Below the pieces are notes generated by a model that saw nothing but the letters and a program-made list of their open reading frames with translations, searched no databases and was not told the origin of the DNA. Below, piece after piece: positions 26,919-38,495 of a stretch of 64,000 nt of DNA. Every line of letters starts with the position of its first letter. The stretch's first letter is position 1. A program made the translations under genes and the position numbers. The stretch covers positions 783,181 through 847,180 of the forward strand of contig JAAOMT010000597.1 in NCBI GenBank assembly GCA_016748015.1, read 5' to 3'. The stretch is from Geosiphon pyriformis uo1 (Eukaryota > Fungi > Glomeromycota).

Positions 26919-27742
26919 CAAAAAACCACATTAAGAAGAAACACAGAAACATCAACAGAATTCAAGGGGTTAATATATAAAAGGCCTTGATGCATGAGAA
27001 AGAAACTCTTAAAAAAGCATCTAAACATGGAATTGTGAAGGGTCACACGTATCAAAGTTCAGATTATTTTTTCTTTTTCATATTATCAAATGAAACAATA
27101 AATATTTACATTGGCCAAAATATCAACCATGTATAACCCAAAAAAAATAGCAAAAAATTTCGAAGAATCATTACTGACTATTAAAAGGCTGCTCAAAATT
27201 AAAAACTTTGGACAATTTGAAAATTTATGTGTCCTGTACCCTATAAAAATTAGAGAAAACAAGCTTAAGGTTGGTTTTTCTTTTGAAATTTACTACGAGA
27301 TCATAAACATTGTATATTTAAATTTTGGACCACATTATCTCGCCAGCAGTCCAAATTTTGATGTGGCTGGATAATAAAAATATCAAAATTTTGCCAGGTA
27401 CAAGTTACTTATAATTTCAAAAAAATAATTTGAGCTTATTTTTAGTTATTTTAAATAGTTTGTTTCAAATTAGCAATTAATCTATTAACCAAATTTCTTG
27501 ATGGCGTTTTTACAGGTTGAAGTAACAAACTAACAAATAACAGAGAGCAAGAGAATCAAGAAATCAAATAAAATTAAGTAAAAAAAAAAAAATCACCAAA
27601 AAAGCAAATTAAATGTACAAGTTATTTATTTAAGAAAACAAGTTTCAAAGATATTTTTTTAATTAAAAGTGTAAAAATTAAGAGCCAATTAAGAGAGAAA
27701 ACTTTTTTTAGATGTCATTAAGATTCTAAATTTGCTTACTCA

Positions 27743-27970
27743 AGCACAGCTTGTTTAGTTTCTCAGCCAGCAAAAAAACCTGCAAAGCCAACTTACCAGC
27801 TTGAATAATTCTGATAATAATAATAATAATAATACCACTCATAAAAAATCTGCTTAATTAAAACAAGCCAAAGCCATAAACAAGTATTGTTAAAATTAAT
27901 CTAGCAGTATGTTTGGTTTCTCAGCCAGCAAAAAAATCTGCAATGCCAACTTACAAGCTTGAATAATTCT

Positions 27971-28001
<31 letters not shown>

Positions 28002-28076
28002 CCACAAATAAAAAATTTGCTTAATTAAAACAAGCCAAACCCATAAATAAATATTGGTGAAATTAATTTAGCAGTA
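27743..28076. repeat. ~160-170 bp tandem duplication in a probable decayed mobile-element remnant
   Basis: tttctcagccagcaaaaaaa(c/t)ctgcaa(a/t)gccaacttac(c/a)agcttgaataattctg-(aat)n-acca...gcttaattaaaacaagccaaa occurs twice, at ~27759 and ~27917. Confidence 0.85.
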
Positions 28077-29771
28077 AATTGCTCAGTAATTTATTGAACA
28101 ATTTTTGCAAATTCCAGGTAGAAAGTGATTCATTTTGCATAGTAAATTAATAAGCTTTTATTAGCTTCGTGGAAAAAAAAATTGCCACTCAGGAGAGATA
28201 ATAATTAAATAAATAAATTGATGATGACAAAAAAAGAATTAGGTAATAGAACATAATCTGATTTCTATATATAAAACTCATAACAAAACTACAGATATTA
28301 TGCCAATAAATGAAGCAAAAGCTAAATTAAAATGTATCAGATGAGCCTTAAACAATTAATTTTGAACCAAAGCAAAGCAAAAATAAGCTCAGCATGAGTT
28401 AGTATTTTTGGATTGAATTATTAAAAGATTTAAATTTCCAGACATCAGATTCATTAAATTGAGCATAATTTTGTATTTTATTCATTAATATCAAGATCTC
28501 ATGTACGTCAGAAATTCTTTGTTTCATTCAAAATATTAGTTCTACAAAGATTCTCTTCTTTCACAGTAAGAGTAAAAGGAAATGTGATGGCTTTCAAAGT
28601 GAAAAATTAATTAAGCTCCGGTCATTAATATTTTTTCGGTAGGTATCAGCACCTCAGAAATACATGTTTGTTGTAAAGAAACTTGGAAATTTTTGGTGAA
28701 AATCTCATGAAAAAGTCATCGGATGAACAAAATCTGAAGGATTTTCGATTTGCTAACCCTTTTCATATTTTGCTACAAGTCGCTTTTCGATTCAACACTT
28801 ATTTTTTCAAGGCCAAGATGTCTAAGTCCGAAATTTTAAAAGGTATCCCTATCAAAACTTTTATTCAAATTTGACAGAATCTGAAATGCCTTTTATTATA
28901 GGTAACTTTTATTTAATTCTTAAAAAAATAAATTATTCTTGAATTTCTTGATCATGTGTGATGAGTGATTTTTTTACTTTTAGTAAATTCTAGAGCGTCA
29001 AGCATAGTATCCATACTAAATATAATTCATTAATAAACAAAACCACTGCAATCGATCTTTAATTTGTTACTAAAATAGTGTTTTCTTTCAAGAATCTCGG
29101 CTTATAAAGGCAGTTTTTCGGTGTTTGGCATAAAGTAATTACAATGAAAAAAAATTTGAACAATTCTTTTTGCAAGCATACATATTGAAACCTTCTTTTT
29201 AAGTAGAGAGTCATAATTTGAGTTTCTGGTTCTTTTATAAAGTTATCTAAACAAAATTTGTTTTAAACCATATTTTTTTATTTGAATTGCTAGCTTTCAT
29301 TTTTCCTGTTTTAATTTTCGCCAAAATAGTATTTTTTATCGAAAAATGTTTTATTCTTCACATTGTATAAAAATAACATAGACTAGGAATATCTTGAGAA
29401 AAATCCAAGAATCTTTACTTAAGTCCAATTTTTCTTAGACCAATTATCATACTTGTTTAAAAAATTCTTGTATTTTCATATTTTTGTAGAAGGATTGAAT
29501 AAGCTCCTTTATAATAAACTGATTTTAAATTCTAGATATGTTTTCATAAGATTTAATACATGTAAAATGGGATTAATTAACTATATTTTAAAAATATTTT
29601 CTGCTTCAAAGATCTATTTAAAGATATCTAAGTTTTTACCTTGACATCCTTGATAGTCAAACATTCGATACTAAAAAATTTATTTTGAAATAAAATGCAT
29701 GTTTTACCAATTTATACTTTCAGATTCTTTCCATAATGATAATATTGAAGAACTAATAGGTAGAAGCCCTA

Positions 29772-31287
29772 TTATTCATCTGAACATTCCCCCATTATGT
29801 GACCAAAGTATGGCCCAAAATGATAATTTACCAAGGTTTTTTGTTCCATCCTTTTTATTCTGTCATATTGGGCGTTGCAAGCCTTTTTCATCAAAAAAAA
29901 TAACAATTATTATTTTCGATTACCATTTGGATTATTGTAAAATAAATCTATGACTTGATTGAAGAATACCTCCATCACATTTCAACTTTACCTGGTTTTC
30001 ATAAAATTCTTGAGTTTTTAAGCAGACATAAATTTCAGGAAACTGCTTTTCTTGGATACTCTTCTCTTCAGATAGACACTCGCAGGATTCTTCTTGTTCA
30101 GGAATCCAATACTCGGTCGTCAAATGTCGATATTGATCATCAAGTGGAAAAGCTGGCAAATAGTCACCAGCATATGTCACGCGATGCACTATCGAATTAG
30201 AGTAAACATATTGGGCAAATTTTTTATCTCCCATTTTCGGTGATCCAAAAGTAAACACAACTGGTTTATGCTTGCCAAGTTTTCCTATTGTTAGTGCAGC
30301 AAAAACCGAAAATACTAAAAAATGTATTGAATCAGGATAGGTCACAAATATATAAAATTATTTAACTAAAACCAAAAATGACTTACCTCCAGCCTCTCCG
30401 AACCCAATGAAAACAAATTTGGAATTCAAATTTTTGAGTCTTTGTAGATCAATTTTTTGCTCTGCGAATTTAGCCCATATGTTTTTTCGTACACTTAGCC
30501 ATATATCATAAAGCTTTCCATCAACTTTTGCACCATCACCAAATGCATAATCAACTAGTACATTTGATCTTTGTTTCCATGTAATAAAACTTTTTTCAAA
30601 GGCTCCGAAAAGAATTATAAACTCTTTTAATAAGCCAGCGTCTGTATGTGATTTAGATCTGATTGCTCCTAATTGTTTGGATGTTAAAAAAAATAAAATA
30701 AATTTTCATTGAAAATAATTCAAAACAGAAGGTCAAAGTTCGAATTGATATAAAATTTTTAAAGAATACGCATTACCATATAACCCGTGGCCTAAAGAAT
30801 CAAAGGGAGCTTTTAAACACGATGCTTCTCGAGCATAGTATGCGCCTTCTGCAAGTGATTTTATAGTGATAGGATTCCTCACCACAAATTTTTCGAGAGG
30901 CTTACGTTGATTTGTTGAAATTCCTAAATTGTTTTCGGCTAATTTAAAATTCTGTCTTTTCTGTTTTAGAATTAATTTTGGGTTCAAGAAAAGTTTCAAT
31001 AATGTGCCATTTTTTGCGTTTCTATTTGATATTGATCTCATTTCTTTATTAAATTTTCTCTGCTGTCCAAAATTTTGATCTTGCTTGGGAACATGAAATT
31101 CAAAATGATTCTCAATATGAATTAATTTATTTTCCTTTTCATGCTTTTTGTAAATTGAAAATATTATATTATTAGAAAGAAGCGAAATCTTCATTTGTAT
31201 GTGGCAAATGTACCCAATTGTCAATATGAATAGGATGATAAATATGAAAGAGTAATAATGAGTAAAGGTTTTTGAAAAGATTTTCAT
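29772..31287 (-). CDS. Class-3 lipase (Lipase_3 fold) homologue lacking the catalytic Ser, N-terminal TM/signal anchor, 4 exons
   Basis: Hydrophobic N-terminus; AYYAREASC, AKVDG, FVFIGFGEAG (nucleophile elbow), VFTFGSPKMGD, HRVTYAGDYLPAFP, YRHLTTEYWI, ENQACN, HFGPYFGHIMG; stop at 29772. Confidence 0.82.
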
Positions 31288-32482
31288 TTTTGAATGATGA
31301 AGTCTGGATTTCTAAAATTTTCTTTTAAGCGAGCAGAATAAAATACTTCATTATTGTTTGAAAATCGACGACGATAATGATGTTTGCTTTTATGGTCCAA
31401 TCTTTTGTATCAAAATGGTTTTTCCTTAATGAAAAAATTTCTGACGAAAAGTTTTAAAAAAAACATTTGAAACGAGTACTTTGAAAATAAAAAAGGTTAT
31501 TTTAATTTGAGGGAATTATGTAACATCGCTATCAAAATATTCAAGAAAAATAGAAAAATAATTATGAATGTAAATTTTTTATCTTGAATTTTTTTAAAAC
31601 TTTTATCCGGGATAGAGATAAGTTTCTAACGCTAAAAATAAAGTAAAAAGTCATTGAAGATTTAATATTAAATTTTAATTTAATCTTTCCGTAGGCTTTA
31701 AATATAAATTGGAATCTAATATAAATTTTTAGAGATAATATTTTTTTACACAATATTTGGCTATCCCTAACCGAGATAGTATAAGAGTGAAATGAATATA
31801 AGAATAGTCGTTATACTTCACAAATTGGTGGTTTTTGGCATATTTAAAACTTTTACGCAACCCCCGGTTAAAATTTTATAATATCTTATCAATTTCCTTT
31901 GCGAAATAAATAGATCTTTCCTTAAATGTCAGTGTTTCTTAAACAAACAATTAGTCAAACGCTTAATTTAAACTATAGATTTGGAAATTCTATGACTATC
32001 TAAAACTGGGTTTAGTGAAAGAATATAATTTATTTAAGTGATTCCTTAAAATTTTCCAAGATCATAATATTAAAAAAAAAATTCCCAAATTTAAAGTTTC
32101 TGTGACTCATTATATGACTTCAATATATTAAAACTTGAGGATTTTAAAATTCAATAAATCAAATTTGAGGCAATGGATGAAATGACATGGTTTTTTTTTT
32201 GTATATAATGTTTTAGATTTAAATTCAAGTAGAATCTTTGATGTAAAAATTAAAAGAGATTTCAAGAATTAACGAAAGAGATATAACGAGCTAGATATTT
32301 TTTTAATTAAAGCGACCAATCAACGTGACTTTAAAATTTATCTCTTAAAATATAGTTTTCACGTTATTTTTTATCCAAGCAGTAGGATATATAAGTCTAG
32401 AAAGCAAAATTATCACTAAATAAGTTATAGAACACACTTATGTAATTTTTCTTCAAAAATAAATAAAAAGCCTTTGGTACTA

Positions 32483-33702
32483 TATTAACAGTCTTTCATT
32501 GGTCGGAGGACAATCAGGGATATTGATATCTTTTTTTTAGCGTGCGATCAGGATTCAAAAGTTCAAATTGGCCATCGAGCATGAAGTACAACGAATCATC
32601 CCATTTCAGAATCAAACGCTGCAATATAATAATACTTGTACTTTCTTGTATTAGCAGAACAAATAAATTTTTTCATGAGAATCTGCAAGTTTGACAAATC
32701 AGCCATAGAGGTGGGTTCAATTCCTTGCCTTGATTACTTTTCCAAGGCCATCCAACTTCCATCACAAAGAGTTTTGTTGAAATTGAGGAGACAAAAATCC
32801 AGCTTGTTTATATTGTTCAAACGAATAATCGGATACATCTTTTGAAGATATTCCGTCAAAGTATTTGTCAGCACTTGCAAAAATGAGGTCATTAAAGGGC
32901 AATAAAGCTCCGATTTTCAAGTTGATTGATTTATTCGGCTGTGAATACTGGAAAATTATTTGGTGCAACACAGCTGAAGAGAAGATTAGTGCTAATAAAT
33001 TTTCTAAATATTACTAAAAAATATGAACGAAAAAAGTTTTAAAATGTGCAAATGTGCTGAGCAATTAATTTACTGGGTATCATTTTGAAACGTTCGAATT
33101 CCAATAATTTTTTTCATACCATTGTTTCCCGACTGCCAATCCTTCAATGTATTTGAATCCATATCTTTTAAGATTTAAAAAAGAAATTATCTTTTTGCCT
33201 CTGATACGTTGTTATTGTTGTTGTTGTTGTTGTATTGTTTATTATAATAGTTGGAATAATGGTCATATTCAAATTCAAGTAATCTATCGCAAACAAAGTA
33301 TAATGGACAAAATCACAATCCATACTTTGAAGAGGAAGTCTATTCGTTAATTGCGATAAAACCTTGATATCTTCAATGACGTTGCCCAGTGTATTCAACA
33401 TTTAGGCCAGCTTGCATTTAATGGGTTGTAAACAAGGCCATAGAATGATTGCTTGAGCGTTGGATCTGAATTGCTATTAGTTTTCTGTCCCACGTGGTTA
33501 ATTGATCTTTGTTTGCCAATCTGTATTTAGATATTTGTTGCTCTTCTTCAACATGCTTTTTATTTTTTACTAAAGTGATGCCTAACACTAAACTAATTAT
33601 TGCAGCTGTAATCACTATGATAGTGATTCCTACTTTCCAAGTTGTTTTTTTCTTGATATGCGTGGCTTCTCGTGGTACCATTCCATCAATTTTATAAAAC
33701 AT
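32483..33702 (-). pseudogene. GH17 glucanase pseudogene, paralogue of 45281-46566
   Basis: N-terminal TM segment, LTTWD, NTLGNVIEDIKVLSQLT, MDC, EVGWP and PDCPP all collinear with the intact copy but broken by stops, frameshifts and an (ACA)n insertion. Confidence 0.85.
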
Positions 33703-34330
33703 GTGAAATATTCAAATGTTTGCCTGACTTGTATTTTTCTCAAGTATTTGAAAGAAGTAAAGTTGCGGTCGTTTAAAAGCGTTTAGGAAGTTTTTTATAC
33801 GAATTTTACCTAAGATTTTTAATATTAATAAGTAAAAGCTATCACTCGTTTATCTATGAGCCGGGAGTTTTTGAACACGATTTGGTTATCACATAAATGA
33901 CGGCAATGATCATTGATCCCGAATTTCTCATGATTGACAGGTATCTTTCATTATTATCCCTCATAATGAATCAGCTGATCATTACTGTAACGGTAAAAGT
34001 TCACTTGTTATATATCGACGATTTCGGAGCGTTTGCAAATAGCGTCATCCCAAACCCGGTAATTTAGGTTAATTCAAAGGTTTAATTAATTTTTTTAAAG
34101 TGATAATGAGCCAAAAATGAGGATCGCTTGCCTAATTTTTTTCAACATCAAAACTATTGGTTCAAATCCAGATGTTATGAAGATCGATAGAAAATACCTC
34201 ATAGAACATAAGTTTGACTTGTTACGATTTCACATATAAAACTACCTGCTGTTCTATTTTTTAACAAACCAGAAACAGCCTTATACCTCTTCCTAAACCC
34301 GAAATAAAAATTTTGAACACAAAATTTATA

Positions 34331-34870
34331 ATGTCTCTTGCTAAACAAAATTTTGCTTCTGTCACAGAAGCTGCCATTAACGGACAAATTAACACTGAAC
34401 TTCAAGCCTCGCAAGAGTATACATCGTTAGCAGGATGGGCTGGTAACTCTAATGTCGCTCTACCTGGACTCGCAAAATTTTTCAATGAAAGTGCCAGTGA
34501 AGAAAGAGAACACGCTAATAAGCTCATAAACTATCAAAATCTTCGTGGTGGTAAAGTCGTACTCACCGAATTAAAAGCTCCCACAGCCAACTGGAGTTCT
34601 GCTAAAGAAGCATTGGAAGCTGTTCTCCAACTCGAAAAAGATGTAAACAAGTCTCTTCTCAATCTTCACAAAATTGCCGGGGAACAAAATGACCCACAAT
34701 TATGTGATTATATCGAGTCGACTTTCTTGAGTGAACAAGTTGAAGCTATTAAGAAAATTGCTGACTATGTTACCCAATTAAATCGCACCGGTGGTGATGG
34801 ACTTGGACTTTATTTGTTCGATCAAGACTTATTGGCTGGCAAATCTATCAACGTCGATCATGCAATCTAA
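34331..34870 (+). CDS. Ferritin, eukaryotic H-type, intronless
   Basis: AINGQINTELQASQEY, LPGLAKFF, EEREHA, NLRGG, LEKDVNKSLL, DPQLCDYIESTFLSEQVEAIK, LGLYLFD. Ferroxidase-centre residues present. ATG at 34331, TATA at ~34235. Confidence 0.95.
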   Translation: MSLAKQNFASVTEAAINGQINTELQASQEYTSLAGWAGNSNVALPGLAKFFNESASEEREHANKLINYQNLRGGKVVLTELKAPTANWSSAKEALEAVLQLEKDVNKSLLNLHKIAGEQNDPQLCDYIESTFLSEQVEAIKKIADYVTQLNRTGGDGLGLYLFDQDLLAGKSINVDHAI

Positions 34871-35649
34871 TGGACTCTTTTACTATTTGTGAGTTTCCTC
34901 TATCTTGTCAACTGAAAAAAGCGAAATTTCATAATAACAATTTGTAACTGCAATCAATGTTGTAGCATTTTTTGTAAAAAAAACTTAATAATTTCCCGCG
35001 AAAATCAAATTAGAAGATAATTCTTCTTTTCCAGACACTTTGAAATAGGGGTTCGTGTTTATGTTTAGCCCACTGAATCTTTCTCACGCTTATTGTCTAA
35101 CAAAAACCACATGAAAGAGATAATGACATATATATCCAAATAAAGTAACGTTATAACAGTTTTCATGTACAAAATATATGTATATATCAAAAATTGTTGT
35201 TGGTTTTGAAGATCCAAGTTAAAGAGGTGTGTTTGTACAAATATTTGAATCCCCATAAATCCAGATTTTGGTATTTGACTCCTGATGCACATCATGCCTT
35301 TACTAAAATGCATAAACTAAGATGGTTGAATCTCAATATAAAAATCATATAAATAAAGCAATAGAGATTGATCTTTGGTTAGTTTTCTAAATAGAAAGCT
35401 TTGAAGTACGTAGTCAATCTGGATATCAAAGATCTTGCTCTGACATATTAATAATAATCCTGGAGTATGAAGATGCTTGTTTAAATCATTTGTTTTGAAC
35501 TCCTTATGTTAAGAGAGCGTATTGATTTATACCATTTATTGTAACATAAAGGAAGAGTCAATTAAAATATGTAATTTGAATTTGAATAGACAACCATCGA
35601 GTTATTTTTCTCCCAAAAAGTTAAATCATTGTTTACTATTGGAAATAAT

Positions 35650-36450
35650 CTTTCATGAATTTAAATAATTAATATTAAGTCATTTTATTAATAACTTTAA
35701 ATTACTTTTTTTCAATAATTTGAGATTTTTGAATATAATATGAACACTTTCAATTTCATATCGGTTAAAAAGCAATAATTGATTTTTTACTTGTATTTTA
35801 ATCTAAGTTGATAATAAATTTATGATTAAAAAAAGGGAACTTAAAAAAAATAAAAAGAATTAAAATTAAATGTAAAAACCTTTGATTAAAAACAAATAAT
35901 TTGAATTGATAAAAATATAATTACCAGCTATTTAAATCAAAAGTAAAAATAATTATTGAAAAAAAATTAAAACATATTTTGCAAGCAATTAATTAATTTA
36001 ATATCGAGAAAGTTTATAATTTAATATAAATATAATATATAATAATCAAATACAAACAGTTTTTAAATATAATCAAATTTTTTATTATATTGTTAAACAA
36101 TATTATTATTTGAGGTATTATATTATTAATTTTTTTTTTTTTTTATTTATTTTATTTTTAATAATTTAATAATAATAAAAATTGTTTTTTAATTAATTTT
36201 GCTATTTACTATAATTCTAGTTTATAAGAACTATTTTTTGGAATTATTAGCATAGAAATATTTGTTACAAATTTTTGCAATTATCACAAATTTTTATAAT
36301 TAATAATTTAAAAAAAAAATTTTTTTTTAATAAATTTAATAACTTTGATACTTAATCAATATTATGTTTTTAAATAAAATTGTGCACAATTAATAATTTA
36401 GCAAGCTAACTGCCTTTTATCATTTACATTTTTCTAACAATTTAATGTTT

Positions 36451-36484
<34 letters not shown>

Positions 36485-38350
36485 TACACTCTTTTTACGT
36501 GTGATTAATCATTTGAATTTTATTCGAGTTTACACATATTTTATATTTAAACCTGAATGTAATGTTTTCTTATAAAAATTTATTTTTTATAAACCCAAGT
36601 TTTTTTGGATTTTATTGATTAAAACTTGTCAAAAATATTTATTATAATCTCTATATTGTTTTTAAGATTCCGGATTATTCAAATGAATTTTAAAGTTGAA
36701 TTTTTTATCTGTTTTTGAAATTTCAGAAATAAATTTTGTAACTTCCATTTCATTATTTTACAATGAATTTATTTTGGCAACTAATTTTGCCATAACAGGA
36801 ATTATTAATATTAAATTTAAAACTCAAGATTCTAGACATAACAATTTTGAATTCAACAAAGCAAGATATTTTTGAAAATAACTAGTAGCAATTAAACACT
36901 TTTATTTACTACTTAAATATATAAAACAGTTTTTGTGAATTATTTAAATACAATATGCTTTTTATTGTTTAATTTAATTAAAATAAATTTAAAATCAAAA
37001 AGATGGTTTGGCAAATAAAATTTAATAATTCAATTTTGAAACTTATAATTAAAAATTGTTTTATAATTATTTGAGTTTTACAATTGTTGCGATTAATAAT
37101 TTCAATAAATTTAATAAATTTATTGATTAACTAATATCAAAATTTTAATTAAAGTTGTGATTAATTATTTGCTCTATTAAATTTTATAAAATTAATAAGT
37201 TTTTTAATCAATTTAAAAAATTGATTTTAAGATGGTTTTTTGAAAAATTTTAAAAATAAAATTATAATTAAAATATATACTATAAATAGTTTATTTAATT
37301 AAATATTTTATAAAGATTATTTTTTATCAATATTTCTAAAAATAAAAATTGTAAATTAATTACAGTAAATTCAATCCACTTTTTTTTTTATTTTTGTCTA
37401 AAGGGTAAAACTTTTTAAGTTGTAATCTTTTAATTATGATATCATCTTTAAATTGGAGTCTAACTTTGAGAATTTAAAATTCTATTATGAATTTCATAAA
37501 AAATTTTTTTTAATTAAATTAAATCAAGAATAATTATTTTGAGTTCATTTTTTTTATAAAATAATTGTAAATTTTAAGATTATATTTAGTATTTTTTATA
37601 ATTTAACGTGTTTTCTTTAATTAATTAGTTAATAATTGATTGGAACAAAAGCTCCTCTTGTATTGTTTTTTTTTTTCTAAAATTTGCAATGTGTACATGC
37701 TCTATATTAAGCGTGGCCCATGTACTTTTTACACGTGACTAGCCAGTGTGCATATAATGGAATAAATAATTAAATAAAGATTAATTTAAATGTTAAATAA
37801 TCAAAATATTTTTGATATTAATTATAACTAATAATAATACATATATTAACGAATAAAATAAAATAAGTATATAAAAGACATGTCGAAACAAAATTAAACA
37901 AAATAAACTTGTAATTTTATTCATAATTATTTTTTTGAGTTTTTTTTAACACAAGAAATTACCAATAATTATTACAATCAAAATTAATTTATTATTATTT
38001 ATTAATATTGTGTATTGATAGTTTAGACAAGTAATATTTTTAAATACATTTTTAACAAAAAATTAATAGAATTTTTATTTTTTTTTTGAAATATTAAACT
38101 TTTTAATTTTTAATTCCAAAAAAAATTGTCAACAACTTTTATTATAAAAATCATATTTATATTAATAATTATCTTTATTATGGCTTTTTTTTATATTATT
38201 ATAATCATATATTTTATTAAACTCACACAATCTTTTATCCTTCTAATTTTTTTCTTGTTGGCTTCGTTTAGAAGTATCTTATTAATGAGAGGGATTTATG
38301 CTTCTATTATAATTGTTGGTAAATTTTATATGTAATTTGGAACTTGATGT
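35650..38350. other. Extremely AT-rich, C/G-depleted tract (probable decayed mobile-element DNA)
   Basis: Visibly very low GC, few CpG, no credible ORFs. Confidence 0.55.
37730..37745 (+). repeat. 16-bp direct repeat TACACGTGACTAGCCA, left copy
   Basis: Identical to 41636-41651; both copies are preceded by GCCCAT. Confidence 0.9.
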
Positions 38351-38495
38351 AAATTATTTTTAGTTGTAGGCTGGTTGCACGCTAAGTACGCTTGTGCAGC
38401 CAATCAAAATCAATGCACAGATCTTTTTTATTTGGAGGCGCGCTGCAACCGCGCGAAATTTTTTTTTACAACACTTCCGTTCCCACTTCAGCAAG

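Noticed and set aside
34115-34180. tRNA suggested by GGTTCAAATCC
   Set aside because: No acceptor, D or anticodon arms can be built. The same applies to GGTTCAATTCC at ~32714.
34200-34330. Iron-responsive element in the ferritin 5' UTR
   Set aside because: No CAGUGN-loop hairpin present.
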